In this document: positions 8,575-16,097 of the stretch, piece after piece
Position numbering within the stretch: position 1 is the stretch's first letter
Layout: each line of letters starts with the position of its first letter
IMG/VR virus record: IMGVR_UViG_3300042197_000494
Location: 1 to 52,142 of that record
DNA: 52,142 bases
Source of the DNA: a virus
Taxonomy: Duplodnaviria; Caudoviricetes
Direction: 5' to 3' (one strand)
The notes under the pieces: generated by a model
Databases searched by the model: none
The model's input: the letters and a program-made list of their open reading frames with translations, nothing else
What the model was told of the DNA's origin: nothing
Program-made: the position numbers and the translations under genes

Positions 8575-9411
8575 TTACCCTTCCGTTTCTTGGATTTTCA
8601 CCAGTAGATACTCTTTCAATGTAATTGGACTGCCATTGAAACGAGTTTGTTGCAGTAGTGGTCTTGGTATCACTACATCTAAGATATCTTTATTGCTCAA
8701 CCAAATTGCTTTTAGTTGCTCTTTGGTATCAGCACCATCAATATCTGTTAGTATTTGCAACCACTTAGTTCCTTCGGTCGGCTCTGATGTTTGGCTAACC
8801 GAATCATCTTTAGATTTACTAGCAGAAACAATAGCCAAGTCAATTTTCTTTGGCTTTATTTTCTCTTCGGCTACTAAATCAACTTGGCTCATTTCTTCGT
8901 CAGTATAAATACCTGATAAATCATTAGGGAATGCTTTACGCAACGCTAATGATTCTGCGCATTTAGCCAACATAACATCAGGCATCTTTTTCCATATTGG
9001 ATTATTCAATACAGCATAAGATTCCCAACGAGCAACTGCCCAAGTTGGTTCAGTGAAATTAGTGCGATAAACACCAATCTTTGCTGCGGTGGGTGCTGTG
9101 TTGGATAACCAAACATCTTTCCAGACACCATCTTCACCACACCAGTATGGAGCAGTTTGACCTGCGTACTGACCGCTTCGTTGAGCAATAATTCTGAAGC
9201 CATCAATACTAGTTTGTATGCCCCATCGTCCACCGCGATTTATCATATAAATCTGACGAGCAAATGGATCAAGTCCAGTTCGCTGTGCTTGGTGAAAGAA
9301 AAATGCTAAATCGCCAGAGTCGGCTTGCGCTAACCCAAGTGATTTAAGTGCTGATAATTGCTGGGCAGACCAGTAAGTCTGCTCATTTGTTATTGCGAGT
9401 GATGTACTCAT
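8575..9411 (-). CDS. bet: single-strand annealing recombinase Bet (Red-beta/RecT family)
   Basis: GLDPFARQIY, QTSIDGFR.IA, W.KMP.VMLAKCAE.LALRKAFP..LSG.YT.EEM. Confidence 0.92.
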   Translation of the reverse strand: MSTSLAITNEQTYWSAQQLSALKSLGLAQADSGDLAFFFHQAQRTGLDPFARQIYMINRGGRWGIQTSIDGFRIIAQRSGQYAGQTAPYWCGEDGVWKDVWLSNTAPTAAKIGVYRTNFTEPTWAVARWESYAVLNNPIWKKMPDVMLAKCAESLALRKAFPNDLSGIYTDEEMSQVDLVAEEKIKPKKIDLAIVSASKSKDDSVSQTSEPTEGTKWLQILTDIDGADTKEQLKAIWLSNKDILDVVIPRPLLQQTRFNGSPITLKEYLLVKIQETEG

Positions 9412-9619
9412 TTTTTCCCCTTCGTTTTTTTGTTTGGTATTCGGTTTCTTTTATTTCCGCTTCGTACTCAGCATCGCAGAAAGGACATGTAATCCCTTTC
9501 ATGGCACTCGTACAATCAGGACATATATCTATGTCCATTTCTTGCAGCACTTCTGCTAATGCTTTAGTTGCTGCCTGTTCCATGCCTTTAATCCAGTCAG
9601 GTTTTGCCATGGTAATCAA
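9383..9619 (-). CDS. small zinc-binding hypothetical protein
   Basis: CPDC...CPFC. Confidence 0.55.
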   Translation of the reverse strand: MITMAKPDWIKGMEQAATKALAEVLQEMDIDICPDCTSAMKGITCPFCDAEYEAEIKETEYQTKKRRGKNEYITRNNK

Positions 9620-9700
9620 CTCCTTGCTGAGTTAGAGTGACTAGTTTTTCTGCTAGTTCAACTAACTCTTGAAATGATGCTGGCAGTTCTTCTGTTTCGC

Positions 9701-10357
9701 TCATGATTTGTTTCGTACTACTGGCGTGCGTAAGTTTTCACGCCAATTTTCAATGGTTGAATACTTCCACAGTGGTGTTCGACCATACTGTTTGTCGGGC
9801 TTCGGCATTTGTTCCCTAGCCTTGTAAGCAGATATTGTCTTAGGTGAAACACCTAATAAGTTGGCTACCTGTTTGCTTGTTAGATAAACGACACCATTTT
9901 TTAACATACTTGTATTTGCTCCTGTTCTTATAGTTCCCATCACAAAGAACCTTTCTTCACTATCTGGCCAAACATAAGGAATGTTGTCTGGAACCATATA
10001 GGTGTAGAACTCGGGTGCTTTGCGCATGAGATTTGATTGGTGAGTTAAATGAAGTAATGAATCTTCAACCCACCAAGGTTTAGTGTGTATACCAGTATTT
10101 GTGTCTAAGAATTTGAATAACAAAGAATCATTGTATCCTCTGTTCTTCCACTCTAAACATATTGCTATACCGTAGTCACACAATGCTCCCATATAGTTTG
10201 CCCACATGCGTGTGGCTGGGTGATTAGACCAACCATTAGATTTTCCTGTCAAGCAGTTGAGTATTTGATAAGCCTCAACTCTTTGCTTGCCCAATCGCTT
10301 ATTGTCAAGCGACTGGGCAACGACAGCAAAATCTGAATCTGTCATGAATGTTTGCAC
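9701..10357 (-). CDS. pyrimidine-dimer DNA glycosylase (DenV-like) fused to AlpA/excisionase-type HTH
   Basis: MQTF...LDNKRLGKQRVEA.QIL...NHPA..MW...SNL.RK; C-terminal YLT..QVA..LGVS..TI..Y...MP.PD...GRTPLW. Confidence 0.8.
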   Translation of the reverse strand: MQTFMTDSDFAVVAQSLDNKRLGKQRVEAYQILNCLTGKSNGWSNHPATRMWANYMGALCDYGIAICLEWKNRGYNDSLLFKFLDTNTGIHTKPWWVEDSLLHLTHQSNLMRKAPEFYTYMVPDNIPYVWPDSEERFFVMGTIRTGANTSMLKNGVVYLTSKQVANLLGVSPKTISAYKAREQMPKPDKQYGRTPLWKYSTIENWRENLRTPVVRNKS

Positions 10358-10594
10358 TTAAAACCGCCAGTCATATCCACATGTTTGAGTATTGGCGTCA
10401 CATTCCCACCAAAGACCAGAAACAAAGAACACAAACAGTCCTATTGCTAATCCAATAAAGATACTTACAACTATCCGACCCCTGCGGGTTAGATTAGTTT
10501 TGTGTCCGTCTTGGATTTCAAGTGCTTGAAGCCGAAGCGAAATCAAAGTCCCAACGATTCCGCTTAGTATAAATAAGCAAATCATGTAAAACAT
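10358..10594 (-). CDS. small membrane protein
   Basis: Two hydrophobic segments; GAAGGGT RBS. Confidence 0.6.
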   Translation of the reverse strand: MFYMICLFILSGIVGTLISLRLQALEIQDGHKTNLTRRGRIVVSIFIGLAIGLFVFFVSGLWWECDANTQTCGYDWRF

Positions 10595-10630
10595 AGATAC
10601 CCTTCTTTCTTGTTAGTTTCGTCTGCGATA

Positions 10631-10641
10631 GACAGCCGAAT
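10631..10641 (-). promoter_or_regulatory. repeated motif ATTCGGCTGTC, copy 1
   Basis: Identical 11-mer also at 14696-14706 and 16355-16365. Confidence 0.5.
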
Positions 10642-10642
10642 T

Positions 10643-10816
10643 TTATTTTCTAGATATACGAACTTTTAGACCAGTAGGATTCCACTCCGCTAGGTCTGTA
10701 TTTACTCGTTCTTCAATTAAGGCAGTAACTTCCGCTCTTGCCTCTTTTGCTTTTATTTTTTCCAGTTGTGACTTTGGGGTAGGTACATCAACTGTTACAT
10801 AGAAACGAGCCTTCAT
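10643..10816 (-). CDS. small hypothetical protein (57 aa)
   Basis: Manual ORF MKARFYVTVD...RISRK with GAAAGGA RBS. Confidence 0.6.
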   Translation of the reverse strand: MKARFYVTVDVPTPKSQLEKIKAKEARAEVTALIEERVNTDLAEWNPTGLKVRISRK

Positions 10817-10934
10817 TATTTTCCTTTCAACATATCTTCATGGAACTTCCACAAAGACTTGCGGTCATCTTACAGTTTCAGCCTACAATCACCCTTTATT
10901 TCTGAGGGCGTTTTGCCCACTCAAACAAAGGAGT

Positions 10935-11017
10935 TATACGACCTATAGAGCCTTCGGCAAATAAGGGTTGGGGTTTACCCTCAGCCACTTATATGTGAAG
11001 GCTCTAATAGGCGTATA
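10935..11017 (-). other. long imperfect hairpin (candidate RNase III processing site)
   Basis: TATACG-CCTA-TAGAGCCTTC pairs with GAAGGCTCTA-TAGG-CGTATA, right after the 11037 stop. Confidence 0.55.
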
Positions 11018-11036
11018 GAGTTTTGTCTCTTACGGG

Positions 11037-12026
11037 CTACACAGTTAGTAAAGATTGTGCTTTGCTTTTGAACTTTTCATTCACACCAAGTATTAATCGC
11101 TCGGCACGAAGTTCATCTTTACCTTCTTTACTTCTTACTGGTTTAGCCCAATCAGACCACTCCGCAACAGCGTTGTAGGCAGCCCATTTAGTTCCAGCAA
11201 TATTGCTTTGTGTGGGTGCTTTCCACAAAGCAAGTAATTCATTGCGCTTTTGCTCAAATGAGTTCTCAGCCCTCTTAGTCATTTCACCTTTAGGTTCAGG
11301 AACTAGAGTTTCAATGAACTTCTTGTATTGTGCATCTGAGAATTTCTCAGACAATAATTGTTCAACTTCTTGCTCGAAAGCCTCTTGGTATCTGAAAACA
11401 ACACCCAAAGTCTCTCTAGCCTGTTGAACTTTAGCGGTAGCACCAGCAGTATGCTTCAGTGAAATCTTAGACTTTGCCGCAGCAAGTGCTAAGCGAACTG
11501 TGTTTGTGCATACTGCTCGGATAGGTGTAACCGCAACAGTGAAGGAAGATGAACCATCGTGGCTATTAACAGCCATAATGTAGTTGTCTACTACATCTGC
11601 CCCATTGGCTAACTTCAATGATTCAGGGAACTTCATGGTCATAAATACTCGACCGCCCTCTTTCAATGAACCAGCAGTTTCAAATACCGCACCTGACTCA
11701 TCTGCAATATGATTTAAGAAATCAAATGCTTCTAAGTTTTGAATAGGTGTATATCGGTTACCGACTACACCGAGTGCGGTATAACCCAACTTTGGGTGAT
11801 TACGATAAGTAATAAACTTATCTTTTAATACAACAGTCTTGTCATCAACTATTGTGCGTATTGGTTCTTCACTTACTTTTACTGGCCACTCTAACTGTGC
11901 AGTTTTAAGTGCATCTTGTGCGGTTAGAGCATTCGGCGTAACTTCACCGAGTTTGTGCCAAGCGACTTCTCTGTTAGAAAAGAACGCACTGGTACCGTCA
12001 GCAAATTGCTCTATTTGGTGAGCCAT
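11037..12026 (-). CDS. DUF932/DUF945-like phage/plasmid protein (TIGR03299 type)
   Basis: MAH...AWH.LG, Y.P.QN.EAF.F, ETAGSL..G.RVF, NSHDGS, R.VC.NT, GT.WAAYNAV.E. Confidence 0.88.
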   Translation of the reverse strand: MAHQIEQFADGTSAFFSNREVAWHKLGEVTPNALTAQDALKTAQLEWPVKVSEEPIRTIVDDKTVVLKDKFITYRNHPKLGYTALGVVGNRYTPIQNLEAFDFLNHIADESGAVFETAGSLKEGGRVFMTMKFPESLKLANGADVVDNYIMAVNSHDGSSSFTVAVTPIRAVCTNTVRLALAAAKSKISLKHTAGATAKVQQARETLGVVFRYQEAFEQEVEQLLSEKFSDAQYKKFIETLVPEPKGEMTKRAENSFEQKRNELLALWKAPTQSNIAGTKWAAYNAVAEWSDWAKPVRSKEGKDELRAERLILGVNEKFKSKAQSLLTV

Positions 12027-12051
12027 TTACTATACCCTTTCGTTATTCTGA

Positions 12052-12110
12052 TGAGGCTCATCAGTAGTGCCATTTAGCACTAGACCCTGCCAAGGCAGGG
12101 TTTCGCCTTA
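12052..12110 (-). ncRNA. type II hammerhead ribozyme HH1
   Basis: UAAGGC-GAAA-CCCUGC(CUUG)GCAGGG-UC^-UAGUGC(UAAAUG)GCACUA-CUGAUGA-GCCU; cleavage 12083/12082. Confidence 0.93.
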
Positions 12111-12302
12111 TTTAACATTCACCCACTGGCAAGCAACACGAAGTAAGTTGTCATAATCGCCCGACATAGATGCCTTCATATATTCATCTATTTGCTCTTG
12201 TGTTGCCCCTGCTTTCTTTAGGGCAGATTTAACTGACCCCATAATTGCGAAAGCATTTCCGTCATTACCAGTAAGTTGAACTACTGTATTGAACTTAGCC
12301 AT
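12108..12302 (-). CDS. conserved small phage protein (GxDGNAFAIMG family)
   Basis: Start ATG 12302 after GAAAGGGT RBS; LTGNDGNAFAIMG...SGDYDNLL. Confidence 0.8.
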   Translation of the reverse strand: MAKFNTVVQLTGNDGNAFAIMGSVKSALKKAGATQEQIDEYMKASMSGDYDNLLRVACQWVNVK

Positions 12303-12324
12303 ATTTACCCTTTCTTTAACTAAC

Positions 12325-12415
12325 AGACTCGTCAGTGCGGTCATTTAACCGCATACACCCAACGGAAGTTTTTTAAGCGTTTCACTTAGGCGTTTCCACT
12401 GGGTGTTTCGTCTTA
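12325..12415 (-). ncRNA. type II hammerhead ribozyme HH2 (extended stem III)
   Basis: UAAGAC-GAAA-CACCCA...UGGGUG-UA^-UGCGGU(UAAAUG)ACCGCA-CUGACGA-GUCU; cleavage 12354/12353. Confidence 0.9.
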
Positions 12416-12685
12416 TCTTTTTTCTTTGAGATATTCTCCAACCATTTCTTTCATCTGTATATCGGTAATAGAATCGTTCAATTCTTTAGCCGTATCTATA
12501 CATACTTTGTATGAATCAGAAATGAAAACAGGCATGGTGGGAACGCCTGCGTTCATGAACTTCTGAAACGATTTCCAGTCAATGATGAAGCATTGACCTG
12601 ACTTAATCCAACCTTTTCTTACACAGGCATCGCCGTAGTAGCCACCTGACTGGCATGCTATGTATGAATTATTACTATTTGACAT
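12413..12685 (-). CDS. hypothetical protein
   Basis: ORF; stop codon is part of HH2. Confidence 0.65.
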   Translation of the reverse strand: MSNSNNSYIACQSGGYYGDACVRKGWIKSGQCFIIDWKSFQKFMNAGVPTMPVFISDSYKVCIDTAKELNDSITDIQMKEMVGEYLKEKR

Positions 12686-12819
12686 TAGAAAGAGTTCCCT
12701 TCGTCATATAGTCGGTCTGGGTCTTCTTCGTAGCAGACACAATCCGATTCATCGCATTTATCACATGAATACATGCTTAATGCGGCAGGATCGCCTTGTA
12801 GATATTGCGGTTCGGCCAT
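12685..12819 (-). CDS. small acidic Cys-rich protein (44 aa)
   Basis: Manual ORF MAEPQYLQGD...EDPDRLYDEGNSF with TAATG coupling at both ends. Confidence 0.6.
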   Translation of the reverse strand: MAEPQYLQGDPAALSMYSCDKCDESDCVCYEEDPDRLYDEGNSF

Positions 12820-13025
12820 TATTTTCTTACCTTCATTATTGCGTAAGAGCCGTTTTTATTCATTTCTTCTAGAATTGGTTCTAGTTTTGGAACTAATAAG
12901 TCATTAACCATTTCGTTGATTAACTTTATCCTCACCGCTGGTGGTAGTGCCCACAACCGAGAAGATACTTCGTGCTTTTCATCTATGACTGTTTCTAGCA
13001 GTAATTGATGTTTGATAGTTTTCAT
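12819..13025 (-). CDS. hypothetical protein
   Basis: ORF with GAAAGGGT RBS. Confidence 0.65.
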   Translation of the reverse strand: MKTIKHQLLLETVIDEKHEVSSRLWALPPAVRIKLINEMVNDLLVPKLEPILEEMNKNGSYAIMKVRK

Positions 13026-13029
13026 GCGC

Positions 13030-13251
13030 TTACCCTTTCCTTAGTGCGGTTATTTTTTTATTCAACTTGCTTGTTTGTTCTTCTTGTATTGCAGTTAATT
13101 TTTTATTTAACTTATATATTTCGTCTTGAATGCGTTCTTCCTTGTCGCATTCTGCACACCAATAACCATAAAGACCATTGGCGAACAATGATTCAGCAAC
13201 TACTTGTTTCATTTCCATACATACATTGCATTTTTTATATTGGCTTATCAT
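13030..13251 (-). CDS. hypothetical zinc-binding protein
   Basis: CNVC...CAEC plus coiled coil. Confidence 0.6.
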   Translation of the reverse strand: MISQYKKCNVCMEMKQVVAESLFANGLYGYWCAECDKEERIQDEIYKLNKKLTAIQEEQTSKLNKKITALRKG

Positions 13252-13253
13252 AA

Positions 13254-13706
13254 CTAGTCCTGATCTTCAATAATTACTTCAGACCAGTCACAGTCTTCAT
13301 TAGTTAATTCACCCACTCCGTTGTAATCCAAACTGACAGAGAAGTCGTTGTCGCTGACTTCTTCATCTAATTCGCACTCAACAGTTAGTTTGTAAGTAAC
13401 AGTGAATTCAACTTCCACCTCTTTGGTTAAGGTGATTTCTAGTTCCCCAGCCAGTTCTTTTAGTTCTCCGACTGTGGCTTCATCATTGTCTTTAACATGT
13501 TCGGTGATGAAATTCTTGACTATTTCTAATTTGCTAGCCAAGTTGCTTCTATATGTTCTTTCATATTCAAGTTGACTCTTTAATGTATCAACTGAATTGC
13601 TGTACTTAACTAACTCGTCAACTATTTCTTGCGAGTTATGGTCTTTAACGAACTCGGCAGCAACTGCTTCTACTGTTGGTTCGTCTGTTTGTATTTCTGT
13701 TGTCAT
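13254..13706 (-). CDS. acidic hypothetical protein
   Basis: ORF with GAAGGGT RBS downstream of HH3. Confidence 0.75.
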   Translation of the reverse strand: MTTEIQTDEPTVEAVAAEFVKDHNSQEIVDELVKYSNSVDTLKSQLEYERTYRSNLASKLEIVKNFITEHVKDNDEATVGELKELAGELEITLTKEVEVEFTVTYKLTVECELDEEVSDNDFSVSLDYNGVGELTNEDCDWSEVIIEDQD

Positions 13707-13733
13707 GTTTTACCCTTCATATTTTCTAACGAT

Positions 13734-13791
13734 TGGCTCGTCAGTATCGGCACTTACCGATAGACCCTACCGAAGTAGGGTTTCGCCATTA
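13734..13791 (-). ncRNA. type II hammerhead ribozyme HH3
   Basis: UAAUGGC-GAAA-CCCUAC(UUCG)GUAGGG-UC^-UAUCGG(UAAGUG)CCGAUA-CUGACGA-GCCA; cleavage 13763/13762. Confidence 0.94.
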
Positions 13792-14250
13792 TGAAATTTC
13801 TTGCAAGTGTGCTTGACTTACTTCTGCACCATTTTTCGCAGCCCAATAGACTGCTTGTAAGAAGGTTTCGTCATACTTCTTTTCGTGTTGCATGTTCTTT
13901 GACTTTGTTATTCGCTTGAACCAAGTCGGGAACTTTTCATTGGTGACATTAGTATTGATACCTATACGGCGACTAATATCTTCTACTGTATAGAAGTAAG
14001 GAACTACGGTGTCTTCGCCACTGCAGTTATAGCATTGGGTGCATCCCTGTTCTACTTTGTTTATGTAAGCACCGTCTATTGCTTCTAGGACTTTGATTCT
14101 TGCGTGTACATCAGCATAGTTTTTTACAGTTATTTTACCAATGCCTGTTGCCATCATCAGCCAAATTAACTGTTCGGTTATGCTTTTATTTTCATTTGAC
14201 CATAACTCTTCGTGGTTACGGCAAGCAGTTATATCCCATGATAGTGCCAT
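13789..14250 (-). CDS. hypothetical protein
   Basis: ORF flanked by HH4 and HH3; GAAGGGT RBS. Confidence 0.75.
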   Translation of the reverse strand: MALSWDITACRNHEELWSNENKSITEQLIWLMMATGIGKITVKNYADVHARIKVLEAIDGAYINKVEQGCTQCYNCSGEDTVVPYFYTVEDISRRIGINTNVTNEKFPTWFKRITKSKNMQHEKKYDETFLQAVYWAAKNGAEVSQAHLQEIS

Positions 14251-14264
14251 TTATTTACCCTTCT

Positions 14265-14331
14265 TAATCTGAACTCGTCAGCGTTGGCGTTTACCAACGG
14301 ACTGCCCGAAGGCAGTTTCGTTCTTTGATTA
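14265..14331 (-). ncRNA. type II hammerhead ribozyme HH4
   Basis: UAAUC-AAA-GAAC-GAAA-CUGCC(UUCG)GGCAG-UC^-CGUUGG(UAAACG)CCAACG-CUGACGA-GUUC-A-GAUUA; cleavage 14300/14299. Confidence 0.94.
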
Positions 14332-14658
14332 ATTGGTTAAGGCTTTATCTTTGATAAGTTTCCAGCCGACCATTTCGCAACTGTAAGCACGACCATCTAG
14401 AACTACTTGGTCACCAACACTTAGAGCAGTATGACTTCTTTCTTCAGGCATTTTGCCGTCAAGGAACAACTTCCATATTGCACCTTGATATAAATTAGTG
14501 CACTCGAACAAATAATCGAGCATCCTAATATCGTCCTCGTCAACTTCCCATTTATCGGTAGGAACTTCGAAAGACATTTCAGCATTACCTATTTTGCCTT
14601 TTTCAGCAAGAGCAACTGCTTGGTGTTGAAAAGCAGTCCACTTGATTGTTATATTCAT
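14329..14658 (-). CDS. hypothetical protein (YodL-like C-terminal motif)
   Basis: RSHTALSVGDQVVLDG..Y.C...GW. Confidence 0.65.
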   Translation of the reverse strand: MNITIKWTAFQHQAVALAEKGKIGNAEMSFEVPTDKWEVDEDDIRMLDYLFECTNLYQGAIWKLFLDGKMPEERSHTALSVGDQVVLDGRAYSCEMVGWKLIKDKALTN

Positions 14659-14695
14659 TGTTACCCTTTCGTTAGTGTTTGAAACTGAAACGAAC

Positions 14696-14706
14696 GACAG
14701 CCGAAT
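14696..14706 (-). promoter_or_regulatory. repeated motif ATTCGGCTGTC, copy 2
   Basis: Shares 16 bp (GAACGACAGCCGAATC on plus) with copy 3. Confidence 0.5.
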
Positions 14707-14714
14707 CAGTATTT

Positions 14715-14894
14715 TTAATCAAGCGAACCATGTTCTTGAATATATTCGCTTGCCATTTTCTTTGCTTGCTCTCTTGTTACATATTTATAGACCCTAGAGC
14801 CTAGTGATAAATCACCAATACTGGCTCTAACCATAACTGTGTAATCATGCTTGATAATTACCCAGTCAATTTCTTTTAGAGTTAATTTATCCAT
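14715..14894 (-). CDS. small hypothetical protein (59 aa)
   Basis: Manual ORF MDKLTLKEIDW...EHGSLD with GAGGGT RBS. Confidence 0.6.
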   Translation of the reverse strand: MDKLTLKEIDWVIIKHDYTVMVRASIGDLSLGSRVYKYVTREQAKKMASEYIQEHGSLD

Positions 14895-14920
14895 AACTTT
14901 TCAACCCTCTTTCGTTTAGT

Positions 14921-15127
14921 TTAGGAACGACCTGAAGACCTTCCGTGCTTCAAGTCGGGACTGTCTTTGTGGACAATAGTGAAACCTTGCTTTGGCACAA
15001 GCAATAATCGGTAATTTTCTCTACCGCTAATGCCATTTTCAATTAAACAATTTCTTTGCATGCAGTAGTGGTAACCCAGTTCCCATCTTTCTGGATTAAC
15101 TGGGTCGCCACAGGTAATACAGTTCAC
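14921..15127 (-). CDS. small zinc-finger protein (DksA/TraR-like CxxC...R..LG...C)
   Basis: CITCGDPV.PERWELGYHYCM...PKQG. Confidence 0.65.
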   Translation of the reverse strand: MNCITCGDPVNPERWELGYHYCMQRNCLIENGISGRENYRLLLVPKQGFTIVHKDSPDLKHGRSSGRS

Positions 15128-15381
15128 TACTTGACTTCCGTCTTAACATAAACTCTAGTCACCCTTGTTCCCTCAAGGTTTTCTAGTTCATAGATAGTTT
15201 CATCTTCATAGACATCAATTACCAAAGAAGGTGAATCAATATTCTTGTTAATAAAATTGACTCGCCTTTTTACAGAGTTTGCATTATCTTCGGGAGTAGC
15301 ATAATCTCCACCACAACCGCAGGCACAACCAGTCTTCCCACGATATGTTTCATTGACATCTTGCATTTTGATAGTGTTCAT
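15127..15381 (-). CDS. hypothetical protein (GCACGCGG motif)
   Basis: First ORF downstream of HH5; GAAAGGGT RBS. Confidence 0.7.
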   Translation of the reverse strand: MNTIKMQDVNETYRGKTGCACGCGGDYATPEDNANSVKRRVNFINKNIDSPSLVIDVYEDETIYELENLEGTRVTRVYVKTEVK

Positions 15382-15404
15382 TGGTTACCCTTTCGTTTTC
15401 AGAC

Positions 15405-15464
15405 AGACTCGTCAGTTACGGCGGATACCGTAAGACACGCAACAGGATGCTGCGTGTTTCGTCT
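15405..15464 (-). ncRNA. type II hammerhead ribozyme HH5
   Basis: AGAC-GAAA-CACGCA(GCAUCCUGU)UGCGUG-UC^-UUACGG(UAUCCG)CCGUAA-CUGACGA-GUCU; cleavage 15434/15433. Confidence 0.92.
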
Positions 15465-15952
15465 TATATAATTAGTTGCACAACTTACTACCGCAAGATA
15501 GTTTGTTGATATATTTGAATTTACAGTTTGAAGTCATTCGCCGTAGGTCTAATCTCTTTACCGTTGCGACCGGAATCACTTTTATCACTCGCTCTTTTGT
15601 TAGTGGAACTAACACAGTTATCGCGAAAGTAATATCCTCACCTAGAACTGGCTAAGTCGTCGTATTATCTTGATTGACCAAGTAGTAATCTTTGAAATGA
15701 ATCAGTCTTGTTAAGTTCGCTTTTACGAGCACCCAAATTATTGTAACGATTTAGGATGCTGAGACTTCTCAAAGAGTTTCCTTTGACTATCCCTTCAGTA
15801 TGTAATTATCAGGTAATAATCTTTCTGTCACCTTAAGAAGTTCCCTAGGGATTTAATGACTTCCTAAGTTCACCAGAGTTTTATCCCTGACCGTAGTTTT
15901 TTCACTTTTGAGTTTTGCCCCTTGGGGTTTCTGAAAACTCAGCCGTGCCTAC
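15465..15952 (-). ncRNA. candidate large structured non-coding RNA (~490 nt)
   Basis: No ORF of 60 aa or more; many hairpins; 9-bp long-range pairing 15530-15538/15855-15863; upstream TAAAAT. Confidence 0.5.
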
Positions 15953-15958
15953 CCCTTC

Positions 15959-15999
15959 ATTTTACCGCTTCAGACTGTAAAACACTACCCCCACGACAC
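15959..15999 (-). promoter_or_regulatory. putative early promoter (-10 TAAAAT; upstream GACAC/GTGTC box)
   Basis: TAAAAT at 15964-15959; GACAC at 15995-15999 (plus). Confidence 0.4.
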
Positions 16000-16097
16000 G
16001 CTTGGTCTGCTTTGGTTTTAAGCCCTATCTTTTGATATACCCCCTAGAAGGGGCTTAGAAGCCCATTACAGAGGCTATTATTAAAATATAGTAGTTA

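Noticed and set aside
12048-12075. Plus-strand hammerhead starting at CTGATGA 12048
   Set aside because: No GAAA after the possible stem II and no stem III or cleavage triplet; it is the palindromic arm of HH1
12303-12344. N-terminal extension of ORF 12108..12344
   Set aside because: Its ATG lies in the HH2 loop with no RBS; the real RBS precedes ATG 12302
14795-14829. TAGAGCC...GGCTCTA hairpin resembling the 10935-11017 stem
   Set aside because: Lies inside ORF 14715..14894 and shares only 7 bp; could be chance
12052-15464. CRISPR array or simple terminators as explanation of the intergenic repeats
   Set aside because: Repeats are not identical, are separated by whole genes, lack U-tracts and match the hammerhead core exactly; no cas operon (the Cas4-like nuclease lies in the recombination module)
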